DNA from: Ylistrum balloti
Lineage: Eukaryota
Direction of reading: 5' to 3'
Length of the DNA stretch: 64,000 nt
Assembly (NCBI RefSeq): GCF_031769215.1
Contig: NW_026782036.1
Location: 62,001-126,000, forward strand
Shown here: positions 1 to 12,240 of the stretch, one piece after another
Layout: each line of letters opens with the position of its first letter
Position numbering within the stretch: the stretch's first letter is position 1
Program-made: the position numbers and the translations under genes
The notes under the pieces: generated by a model
What the model was told of the DNA's origin: nothing
Seen by the model: only the letters and a program-made list of their open reading frames with translations
The model's database searches: none

Positions 1-390
1 TGACGCCACCAACGAAGCTTCAATCTACCCCTCATATGTTAAGCACCATGAGTGACGCCACCCACGAAGCTTCAATCTACCCCTCATATGTTAAGCATCA
101 TGAATGACGCCACCCATGAAGCTTCAACCTACCCTCATATGTTAAGCACCATGAGTGATGTCACCAATGAAGCTTAAATCTACCCCTCATATGTTAAGCA
201 TCATGAATGACGCCACCCACGAAGCTTAAATCCACCCTCATATGTTAAGCGAGTGACGCCACCCATGAAGCTTCAGTCTACCCCTAATATGTTAAGCACC
301 ATGAATGACGCCACCCACGAAGCTTCAGTTTATCTCTAAAATGTTAAGCACCATCAGTGATGCCAACCATAACATTTTAATCCACCCCTC
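1..390. repeat. Tandem minisatellite, 52-bp unit (TGACGCCACCCACGAAGCTTCAATCTACCCCTCATATGTTAAGCA(C/T)CATGA(G/A)), about 7 copies, probably truncated by the window start
   Basis: TGACGCCA recurs at 1, 53 and 105 (period 52). Most units carry AAGCTT. Copies degenerate toward 390. Confidence 0.95.
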
Positions 391-2629
391 ACGTGTATAT
401 ATACATGTATCGTGGTTGGGATCATGAACGTGGTGTACAAATGGTACTGAGTACAACTCTGATAATGGCATTGTCCTTGCCAAGCTGTGCACGTGACAAG
501 ACTAAAAAGACCGTCCATATTTGTTTGCCAAGCAAACGTTTCTATGAACTATATACAAAGCATGTTGGTGTGGATTAATTTCACATGAAATCTAAAAAAA
601 TATTTTAATTCAGAAATCCATCGTAAGGTCAGTTCGTCTTTATCTTTCTATTTTGAAAGCTACCTTTTGAAAACTCTAAGTATATCCGAGTGAAAACGAC
701 TGATATCCCTGATTGATTTCATGTGTGCCATTATAGGTCTAAAAATGACCTTTGTTTGACATTAACCTGTGATTATGATAACTAGATAATGAGTTCGCCC
801 ATATTGTGTACAATCACACTAGAACTCTACTAGATAAACAACACTTCCGCTATACAATAATACATTGATCATTAGGAACGGAGCGACATATAATGGGCTA
901 TCTATTCAGTAATTGAACCGTTTCTAGCAAACTAAGTTTAACTTCCCGTTCACAAAGCCTAGTGTTTCCATTTGTCTTTATTGATCATCATTTCAGTTCC
1001 GGTTGTTTTATGTACTTCCGGTTAGCCAACAACAAAGTTAGGCTGGTGAGATTTTGAGATTTTGTACGGCTGTCTAGATTGTAATTTTCCTCTGTGCGAA
1101 ATCCTGATCCAATAGTATTCAAAACAATTTTAATGCTAAAACATTGATATTTTAAAATAAACACTCACATTTTCTTAATATGTTTTGAATTGATAAATGA
1201 TATCAAATGCAAATATCAGTGACTGATAATGTTCATAATGATAATATAAATCAATTATTAAAATTAACTAACAGACAATAATGTCAAAAAAGACATGAAA
1301 TCATTTGACAATATAAGTATATTTATCGATCACAGCTAACAATAAAGACTTGCCTGTTGTGACGTTAAAATGTTGTTCATTAACGCTGAGTGGTGTGAGG
1401 AACAGTCTGGTGTCTCCAGTACTGTCCATAGATTGCAATAATAAACAAGTCATATATTGCTTCTATAGTTGTGTCAATTTACACTTGATTTTCTCATGAA
1501 TCCCTAACGATCCGTCTAGAGCGTTGTTATATGTTACACTAACGTATGACTTTACCAGAGATATATACATGTATTGTTTTTACATGTCTCCGTATGCGGG
1601 GATATGTACATGTACCTCGCCCGCGCTTACATGTATACCTACATAGTTAGTCTACACCTTTAACGCTCCACAGCTCAGCTGAGGAGTGTGTCCTGTCTAT
1701 TTATACAGAATACGAGCCCTACATCCTAGTGGTCGAGGCCCCTCAACACACGACATCCCGTGTCTATATATATATATGTATAAATAATGCTTCGTAGAGC
1801 AAACCATTGACTCGTTGATCAGTGCGTGGCTTCAGTTGACGGATGGCTCGTACGATATATATATCATCTATATTTATATGATGTACGAAAAGAAGTTTAC
1901 AAATTTAGCTATGGAGTGCTTATCCAGAATTGAACTTAATGTTAATCGAGACCTGGTAAAAATGAGATGGTGTTTGTAATATCGACCGATGAGAATTTAC
2001 CTGGACGACATTTCCATTGAATTATTGTGTTCATTTTTTACGTGTAGGATGTCTTACATGTGCTTATCAGGATCCCCTAATGTGGATAATTTCTACCTGT
2101 GACACATTTATCTCCAAACCTGTAAGGTAAGGTAGACTGCAAATATTGATTTATATGTTTATTTTATTAATTAGTCAGGCAGATTGGACGGGATCTACTA
2201 CAGAGATGTCGACTATCGATCATACCATTTATCAATTTCAAACTAAGTATTTTGAAGTTTAATGAGAAGTATTTATGTAACTTTGATGGTAAATTTCCAG
2301 TGTTGTGTTTTTCAGTGTTTGTCGAATTATTTATTCAAACATTATTTTCCCCTTTAATACAATGTCGGACCAAAACATTGTTTCCCGTACTTTTTTCAAG
2401 TAAATTCCTCAATCTTAAGAAGTCACTCGGCGACTAGGTTGCTCTGACCTATGTCATGCACACTGACATTCAATACTTTGATAAAATATACCTTTGTTTA
2501 ATCTCTCCTGTCCTGGTTTTTTTAATGTAACTTCTTTATTTGACATTTAATTTCTCATTTTCTTTTTTGTTTGTTTTTGTACGTTTTTTCCTGTTAAAAG
2601 TTATTTTTTAAAAGATGACTGTTGTTGCC

Positions 2630-4995
2630 TCACTGTGATGACTTTTACAGTGCCTTGTACACAACAGATTGAACACTTCTATAATGACTTTTACAGTGCT
2701 TTGTACACAACAGTTTGAACACTTTTGTAATGACTTTCACAGTGCTTTGTACACAACAGATTGAACACTTTTGTAATGACTTTCACAGTGCCTTGTGCAC
2801 AACAAATTGAACACTTCTATAATGACTTTTACAGTGCTTTGTACACAACAGTTTGAACACTTTTGTAATGACTTTCACAGTGCCTTGTGCACAACAGTTT
2901 GAACACTTCTCTGATGACTTTCACAGTGCCTTGTGCACAACAAATTGAACACTTCTATAATGACTTTTACAGTGCTTTGTACACAACAGTTTGAACACTT
3001 TTGTAATGACTTTCACAGTGCCTTGTGCACAACAGTTTGAACACTTCTGTGATGACTTTTACTGTGCCCTATACACGGCAGTTTGTACACTTGTGTAATG
3101 ACTTTTACAGTGCTTTCTACACAACAGTTTGAGCACTTTTGTAATGACTTTCACAGTGCCTTGTGCACAACAGATTGAACACTTTTGTAATGACTTTTAC
3201 AGTGCCTTGTGCACAACAGTTTGAACACTTGTGTAATGATTTTTACACTGCTTTGTACACGGCAGATTGTACACTTCTGTGATGACTTTTATAGTGCCCT
3301 GTACACAACAGTTTGTACACTTCTGTGATGACTTTTATAGTGCCCTGTACACAACAGTTTGTACACTTCTGTGATGAGTTTTACACTGCTTTGTACACGG
3401 CAGTTTGTACACTTCTGTGATGACTTTTACAGTGCCCTGTACACAACAGTTTGTACACTTCTGTGATGTCTTTTACACTGCTTTGTACACAACAGTTTGA
3501 ACACTTCTGTGATGACTTTACACTGCTTTGTACACGGCAGTTTGTACACTTCTATGATGACTTTTATAGTGCCCTGTACACAACAGTTTGTACACTTCTC
3601 TGATGTCTTTTCTTTTACACAGTTTGTACACTTTGTGATGACACGGCAGTTTGTACACTTCTGTACATGACTTTTACTTCTGTGATGACTTTTACAGTGC
3701 TTTGTACACGGCAGTTTGTACACTTCTGTGATGACTTTTACACTGCTTTGTACACAACAGTTTGTACACTTCTGTGATGACTTTTACAGTGCCCTGTACA
3801 CAACAGTTTGTACACTTCTGTGATGACTTTTACAGTGCCCTGTACACAACAGTTTGTACACTTCTATGATGAGTTTTACAGTGCCCTGTACACAACAGTT
3901 TGTACACTTCTCTGATGTCTTTTACACTGCTTTGTACACAACAGTTTGTACACTTCTGTGATGAGTTTTACACTGCTTTGTACACGGCAGTTTGTACACT
4001 TCTGTGATGACTTTTATAGTGCTTTGTACACGGCAGTTTGTACACTTCTGTGATGACTTTTACAGTGCCCTGTACACAACAGTTTGTACACTTCTCTGAT
4101 GTCTTTTACACTGCTTTGTACACAACAGTTTGTACACTTCTCTGATGTCTTTTACACTGCTTTGTACACAACAGTTTGTACACTTGTGTAATGATTTTTA
4201 CACTGCTTTGTACACAACAGTTTGTACACTTCTCTGATGTCTTTTACACTGCTTTGTACACGGCAGTTTGTACACTTCTGTGATGACTTTTATAGTGCTT
4301 TGTACACGGCAGTTTGTACACTTCTCTGATGTCTTTTACACTGCTTTGTACACGGCAGTTTGTACACTTCTGTGATGACTTTTATAGTGCCCTGTACACA
4401 ACAGTTTGTACACTTCTCTGATGACTTTTACACTGCTTTGTACACGGCAGTTTGTACACTTCTGTGATGACTTTTACAGTGCCCTGTACACAACAGTTTG
4501 TACACTTGTGTAATGATTTTTACACTGCTTTGTACACAACAGTTTGAACACTTCTGTGATGACTTTTACAGTGCTTTGTACACGACAGTTTGTACACTTC
4601 TGTGATGACTTTTACAGTGCCCTGTACACAACAGTTTGTACACTTCTGTGATGACTTTTACACTGCTTTGTACACGGCAGTTTGTACACTTCTGTGATGA
4701 CTTTTACAGTGCCCTGTACACAACAGTTTGTACACTTCTGTGATGACTTTTACACTGCTTTGTACACGGCAGTTTGTACACTTCTGTGATGACTTTTACA
4801 CTGCTTTGTGCACGGCAGTTTGAACACTTGTGTAATGACTTTTACACTTCTCTGATGACTTTTACAGTGCCCTGTACACAACAGTTTGTACACTTCTGTG
4901 ATGACTTTTACACTGCTTTGTACACGGCAGATTGTACACTTCTGTGATGACTTTTACAGTGCTTTGTACACGGCAGTTTGTACACTTCTGTGTAG
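2630..4995. repeat. Tandem satellite, 46-bp unit (ATGACTTTTACAGTGC(C/T)(C/T)TGTACAC(AA/GG)CAGTTTG(A/T)ACACTTCTGTG), about 51 copies
   Basis: ACTTTTACAG at 2641 and 2687 (period 46). The array continues to about 4995 with a short deletion-bearing unit near 3610-3680 and another near 4840. Confidence 0.97.
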
Positions 4996-5900
4996 TGTTG
5001 AAGTCATAGAAGTATGCTGTTGATTATTGTTATTCCTTCCTATTTCTACTGTACCTCGTGCCTGAAGCACAGATCATATATGTAGAAATGGACCTTCTAA
5101 TAATCTTTTAAATGCGCGGAAGGACACAATTTCTCGTCCCTATAACTTTTCATTATTGGATATATGATAGCATGTAAACAAAAAATGTGTATCGTTGATT
5201 CAAAATCTGAATTTGTGTTATTGGAAATGTAACACAACATATGTTGTTCGTTACTACGACATGTATTTGATAATTGAAATGAAATTGAGTCTCGCCACGC
5301 CCCTTTTCAGTGGAACACTTGTACTTTTGTTTATTTACCACTACGTAATGCATCACGACATTAATCCTCTATTCCAATATACTGTATATTACGATAATTT
5401 CTACATAACTCGACACGGGGTCACGTGTAGAATGTAAGTATTAGAAATCTGACATCACATTTGCTTATCATTAAAAAGTGACTATTACTTCGATTTCACC
5501 AGGACCTTTATATTTTGGACAGACATTCGGTGTTGTATTTCGATGCCAAGATACCGTCACTTCGTGTTCGCTTTGCATTATGTATCTTTAAATAGACGTT
5601 GAATCTGACACTTTTGATAAAAATTCTCATAAACAATTCTCAAAAGATGTTAAAATATGTAAAACGAAAGATCTTCTAACAAAAACCGGCATTAAAAAAA
5701 CATAAAAGTATTGTACAACCTTGTGTGTAAACACGACGAATTTGAAGGGGAAGTTGTACGATAGATTCACATGAAAACTAATGTTGGTGAAGTTTATTTA
5801 GTACTCCGCACATACAGTATGGTAGCTGTTAACTGACAACCACACACAAATTGCTCTGACCAGTTGTAAGTCATGTGTGTTGGTATACGGTTGAAACCAT

Positions 5901-6526
5901 GGTGTTTTGGTACATATATGTAATTCCGATGTGTTGGTACATAGCTGTAATTCGACGTGTTGGTACATAGCTGTAATTCCGATGTGTTGGTACATAGCTG
6001 TAATTCCGATGTGTTGGTATATAGCTGTAATTCCGGTTTGTTGGTACATAGCTGTAATTCGACGTGTTGGTACATAGCTGTAATTCCAATGTGTTGGTAC
6101 ATAGCTGTAATTCCGATGTGTTGTACATAGCTGTAATTCCGATGTGTTGGTACACAGCTTACAATAAATCCGACGTGTTGGTACATATATGTAATTCCGA
6201 TGTGTTGGTACGTAGCTAGAATTCCGATGTGTTGGTACATAGCTGTATTTCCGATGTGTTGGTACACAGCTGTGATTTGTTGTGTTGGTACATAGCTGTA
6301 ATTCCGATGTGTTGGTACATAGCTGTAATTCCGATGTGTTGGTACATAGCTGTAATTCCGATGTGTTGGTACATAGCTGTAATTCCGATGTGTTGGTACA
6401 TATATGTAATTCCGATGTGTTGGTACATATATGTAATTCCGATGTGTTGGTACACAGCTTACAATAAATCTGATGTGTTGGTACATATATGTAATTCCGA
6501 TGTGTTGGTACATAGCTGTAATTCGG
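5901..6526. repeat. Tandem minisatellite, 27-bp unit (GATGTGTTGGTACATAGCTGTAATTCC), about 23 copies
   Basis: Unit read directly. It explains the overlapping repetitive ORFs (MYQHIGITA, VPTHRNYSY) in the track. Confidence 0.97.
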
Positions 6527-9500
6527 TGTACTGTTACAAAGTTGTACCTCGTGTGTGTTAGTAGACAGCTAAGTATAGGTTGAAGGTATCTGGCCAGACA
6601 ATTCTTGGTGAAAGCAGGATTTTTTTCCGCTCATGTTAATCTTATTTGTCGTGGCGACTTCTGATGTCGATAGGTAAAAATGGAATTCAGATTTATCATT
6701 TTAAATTGATGACAGGTTCTTAACATCGTATTGGCTATTTCAACACTCAGACTCTTCAGTTATAATTTAGAATTTCCTGATAAGAGAAGGTATTTTCTGT
6801 GAAGCTTTAACGCCCCGTCTTGATGTTATTAAAGTTAAGCTCATGTTTGTATGTGTTTTACATGTGACAGTATTATTATATATACATTGTAACCCTGCCG
6901 ATATCATGTCTTTTTCGAGTTTATCACGGAGAAAAAGTGGAGAGGCGTGGCTCTATTCTCAATTAAAACTTCAGTCGATCTAAAAGATCTCGTACACTGA
7001 CATGACAAGAAATTATTTTGGGATGTAAAAATTTGCAAGTATAATAAAACGAATAGAACACATCTAAACCTAGTTGAAATTCTGTTTGAGTCTTTCTCTG
7101 TTTTTAATTCTGTTTCTGGGTGACCTTTCAATGGAGCTTATAGGCATTTCAAGGAAACTGTCCCTGACACTATATATACATTTCGTATACTTAAAACAAG
7201 ATTAAGGTGTTGTTCGGTAACACATTGACATTTACTTGTCTGTAAACCAGGTGTCAATATTAGAAAATTGTTTACATTCATATATGACATGTTTATTTCA
7301 TTTTAGTATTTAAAATGTTTCCGACTTTGACACGTGGACTTAGTGTGCTAAACCATTAAATTCAAGATGATGGCATCATGTCCAATTTGGCAAACTCACC
7401 AACTGCTTTCACCCTTTCCATATTTTCTGAGCAATTGTTTATCAAAAGCCTGATATAACTGGAGAAAAAGTTGAATTGTCAGCATATCTTACAGCTTAGT
7501 ACACATAATAATGCATACTGTTTGTCGAGCCAAATCCGACGAATCAATTTATTGGACGCGTCTTCTGAAATTGTAGGAAAGACCGAAAAGCCGTATTGGT
7601 GAACATAAAAACCGGTTAAATAATAAATAAAATATTCTGAAATTATTAAAAATATGAAAAGTATGAAGTTTATTTAAGCACGAGACTGTGTACCTCCACA
7701 TCTAGATTAACATTTCTTTTGAGCGCTTTGCATTTTCCTTAGTCGCCTGATCGCAGGTTTGAAATTGTATGTCCTTAGTATCACTGTCAAGTCCTGGCAA
7801 GGATAATACAGCTGTATGAGGTAGTTAATTTCATTATTTGGCTCTCCTGTATCTGATTTACAAATTGTATTTAAAGGTGAATTTCTCTTGTGTGTCTTTT
7901 GTACAATCTTGTATCATCAGTTCCTATAGCCTTAGATTCTGGTTTACATGCAGCTAAGCCGATATAACCACACATTACCGGAGACGCTGGTACTTTTCCA
8001 TATCCTTGTAATCGTACAGGATTCGTAGCATAGAAAATAATATTAAAACAACATAAATTACATCCTTACATAAATAATGAAAACAAATTCATTTCTGCCC
8101 ACATCAGTGGCGAATTTTAATAGTAATGACTGTCGATGAGAGGATTTTAACACGCTTCCTAATATCTAGAAAATTCAATAACAGAATAGAGTATCACTAA
8201 AATTATACTGTAAAGTATTTACCGCTTTCATGTTAACTTAGTCATTATGAAAGCGTACTTTTATTAAATAAGTGTGTCTATTTTTGTCCGCTTTTAAGAA
8301 AATGACGATTTAATGTCTTGGGGGAATTGTAGTTTTATGTAATTTAATTTTTCTACTTTAAGACCTTCAATGACATCGCAATTTCGTTGCTTATGATCAG
8401 ACAAGAGGCCTGTGTATTTGTGTAAATTCGTTCAACTGGGTTGTAAGTTGCTACGTTACAAGTTGTTTTCAACAGTCTGTGTTTACCGTCGTGTCAGACC
8501 GTATAATTTGTCACTTTTATAGGTCCTTTAACAGTGGATAACATGTTTTAATGGTTATAAAACGTATGGTCTGGTGGTGGAATTTGATCAATATATTTCC
8601 TATCTGTTGTGTGCTTCGTTTTCGTTTAAAGATCGTGTTTTAATCACGCAATTTGTAACACTGGTCTATTGAAGAGATGTACAAGGGGTTATCTATTTTA
8701 GTTAACAGGTTAATATCCAAATTTAACCATATCTTCAATCTTATTCAGTTCGAAATTTCTATTTTATTTATTGTCATCTGTAACAAAAATGTAATCGTGT
8801 TATGAGGACAAAAACCCAATCACACAAACACAACATGTTTATTGATTCAAACAAGTTTGAAAACGATCTAAACCACTTCGCTTCCACGATGGTCGTCGAA
8901 CCCCTCCCCCTCTCCTCCTCCTCCCCCCCCTTTATACCAAGTGGTGTCTAGTAGACAAATGCCTTCACTCATAATGCCCGTTTCAATATCACATGGACAC
9001 ATCATTTCCCTTCGAACAATCAAACTAAGCTTTTGCTAAATGCACGAAGTAGATTGTGACTTTGGAAAGTTTTCACATACAACTCGTCCATCACGAGAGC
9101 GCATCCCTTGTGGAAAACAGAAAACAGAAAACAATGTCCAATAAACCTGGGTATATCTTTCCCATATTCCATTTCTACGATCACGTGATGCGAAATAAAC
9201 AATCCCCCTCCCCCTCCCCCGGGGCACACGTGCTTTGACGCGTTCCTCTTGAATGACGGGTCTAGGTGACGTTTTTCCCGAGGATAACTGTACATCCCCC
9301 TTGGGACCCCGTGGTGCCATATTGACAGTTTTCTGTTTGTACGTACTGATCTCGACATAACTTTAGATCTAGTGTCTGTCGTCAGCTTACGGTACAGGAG
9401 TTTGATTTATTTGGTGTGCGTACCCCTCGTCTTTAAATAGCTTACCCTTATGTCCCAATATACATGTATGTACTGGATTTAGAACATCGTATCAAATACC

Positions 9501-10045
9501 ACATGTTTTGCGCTGTAAATTTCGGAATGTCTTTGAATTTTATTTTAACGTTCGGACACATAATTACTTTTAATGGTTCTGGTATGAGATGTTGATAACG
9601 TGACATTTCACATAATTGACGTTCACTGCGTGGTATATTGTGTTATTAAATAAATGAGAGGGAATGTACACAATAGTTCCGCCCACATTTTCAATATATG
9701 CCACTTAACTTCCTATAACATTATTATTACGTGTATTTGTTCTGAACTCTTAAGCAAGTTAATCGGTCTATCACATATAACCTATTACAGATTAACACTA
9801 AAGTAAATTATAATACATGTGACCTATAGCCAGAAAGCAGCAAGCAAACTGATTACTGTTCAGTGTCTCACCAATTAAGAATTTTAAGTAAGAACTTTTG
9901 TGTTGTGTACATATACTTGTGATAAACAGTAATAATAAAATTGTGATAGACAGAAGTCAGAAACATGTAAATATAAAAATTAAACTGTCTGATTATGTTA
10001 ATTATGTTTGCAAAACTATGAATTAATTAAACTCAAAAGTCATCA

Positions 10046-10059
10046 TGACGTCACTTCCT
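10046..10059 (-). promoter_or_regulatory. Overlapping ETS-CRE composite motif (AGGAAGTGACGTCA on the minus strand)
   Basis: The plus strand reads TGACGTCACTTCCT, a perfect CRE palindrome overlapping a GGAAGT ETS core. Function is untested. Confidence 0.4.
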
Positions 10060-11244
10060 ATTTACATCCAGATAAGTCCAGATAAGATTAAGTCCAGATA
10101 TCATGTTTATTCCTCAGACACTTTTCTTCTTCTCCACTTGTTACCATGTTTAAGTCCATTATGATCTTTTACTTTAAATCAACTTTCTTTTCAGTGTCCA
10201 TAACGCGCGCACGTGAGGAAACTGAAAGGAATAAACATGCAACTGTATAACGAAAACAAACAGGAGTTCGAATCCATTATACTTAACTCGTTAGTAATTG
10301 TTCACTGTTTTAATAAGCGATTATTTTTATTAAGAAATTAATCAATATTGATATAAGATTATCCGACCCTGTTGCACTCATATTGTCGATTTCGCCTCAG
10401 CGTGTCGTTACTTTTCTGACATTGTCGCTGCGTATGGCAGTCAGGCAGTTGATCGGAAATTCGCGAGGTGTTAATCTATTTCATACATTTGCTTATATTC
10501 ACTGGCATCTCTGTAACCAATAATCCTAAACAACCTCCTGATCCTTCAAACAACCTGACTCTTTTGGTGGACCGTCGATATTTGATTTTTAGGATCAGCT
10601 ATCGTATACCAACTGTTGGTTTGTTTTAGATATGAAAATGTCACCGAATCTGTCTCAGTTAGACATTCAGATTCGTAATAACAAATTACTTCTTTCGGTT
10701 TATTAACCATGGCATGTCAGTTTCACAAAACTGATTGGTCTACACAATTCCATTCACGCATGCCCAGAATGAATCTGAGACCAGAACGTTTTCGCTATTC
10801 ATGTCCTGCGATAGTGTATTGGGTTCATATCAGATTCAATTAGGTTCTCATTTCTCTCAGTCATATTGAGTCTATGTAGAAGTGCCATGGGCTCTAATTT
10901 CCATCAAATTATTGGATATATCTAGATCTGCACTACCATCAACTATCAATTAACACAGGATCTGCCGTGTGTTTGTCTCAGCACGCTGACAACGCCATGT
11001 CATATATCAAAACCTGTTGCAATTTTCACCATTTATATTGTAATTTAATTACTCAATAAGGATAACTAAATCTTCTGAAGTTCTAATCACACAAATCGAT
11101 GTTTCCTAAATAGCAGACTTTAATCATCCTGCGAGGTTTTATTGATCACGTGGTCCTCGTCAGTGAACGTTTGCATGTAGATGAATCACTGACGAAACAG
11201 AAAATCTGCAGTAAATCAGAAATGTTTCATGATTTTAACCGCAC

Positions 11245-11810
11245 GCCCATTCCTCTTTGTTTGGCAAATGCTAGTGGTTTACATCATAAACAATGAACCG
11301 TGTTGCCGGTTTTATATACTGTAGATGTAATCAACAGAAAGCCTAGAAAATTCTTTGATAAATCCAGTTGGCATATTGTTGCAAGCTTATCTATATCCCA
11401 TCGGAATTTTATATACAACGCTGTATAATTCACAGAGAATTTTCCTAATTCGTTTTCTGACCCACCGCCTACTTCCGGTTTTACAAAGAGGAGTTACAGA
11501 AGTAGCTGTGATTCAGGTCGTATCGGTCATTGAAAAGCAGCTCTACCACCCTCCTCGATCTAAGACGAGAAGTAGATATCGTCTACCTTGTACCTTGGGC
11601 ATCATTATAGATGAATACTTCTATAAACTGCAGTTTTTGCAGGTCAACTTGGCGTTGGTAACTGCTACTCTGTCTGCATTTCTAGCGGGAGATAATTGTT
11701 TGCGTTTCTGGGTCATTTAACCCCTAAACGCCAAGAATATCCATCATATCGACCTCGTTTATATCGATAAGGTATAAGATAATTACCAGCCACAGCGATT
11801 TTCTCTAAGA
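11245..11810 (+). pseudogene. Highly degraded apurinic-like endonuclease (APE) domain of a non-LTR retrotransposon (LINE relic)
   Basis: Colinear motif remnants across frameshifts: PLCLANASGLHHK (cf. PSLxLANARSLxNK), QRGVTEVAV...YHPPRS (cf. LPRG...VYHPP), and TPKR...IDLVYID (cf. PTR..ILDL). Many stops and shifts. Confidence 0.45.
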
Positions 11811-12061
11811 TGTTCCAAATTCCCTATCGAATGAATTCGCACTATGAGCGAGATGTCCTGCTGTCGAGTATCTCCGCGTTTCACAGAGGGGCACATGCTA
11901 TATTTAGTAGGTTAAAATTCACACTTTGAAATATCCCACGGCGATGAAAACTAATTAGTCAACACATCTTCATACTGATGCGGTCAAACAAATGGCGAGA
12001 AGTTGATCGTCAGGAGATCTTATATAAATCTCATCTCTAGACAACTCCCTATACAACGGTG

Positions 12062-12240
12062 GTCCCAGTTTCTTGAATCTTAATCAAATACAGAAAATCT
12101 TAACTACCTTAGGAAAGCATAATGTAAGTTAAGGAAAATCTTAAATATGAGGACATTTCCTTAAATTATGCAATGCTTTCCTATGGGCAATTTAAGTTAA
12201 AGAACAATCCATAAGGCAAGGAAGATAAATGAAACTGGTA
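12062..12240. mobile_element. Palindromic MITE-like element, about 180 bp
   Basis: Terminal inverted match CCAGTTTC (12065-12072) / GAAACTGG (12231-12238). Internal inverted arms TAGGAAAGCAT/ATGCTTTCCTA and TTAAGGAAA/TTTCCTTAA. No target-site duplication is recognisable. Confidence 0.7.

Noticed and set aside
3427-3723. 98-aa Cys/Lys-rich ORF resembling a metal-binding protein
   Set aside because: It lies wholly inside the 46-bp satellite, and the unit is not a multiple of 3.
5794-6561. Six overlapping repetitive ORFs (up to 239 aa)
   Set aside because: They are translations of the 27-bp minisatellite on both strands, with no splice or homology support.
7871-8530. TTAAAGG...CCTTTAA pair suggesting a Kolobok-type element
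   Set aside because: The inverted match extends only 3 bp beyond TTAA, which is expected by chance.
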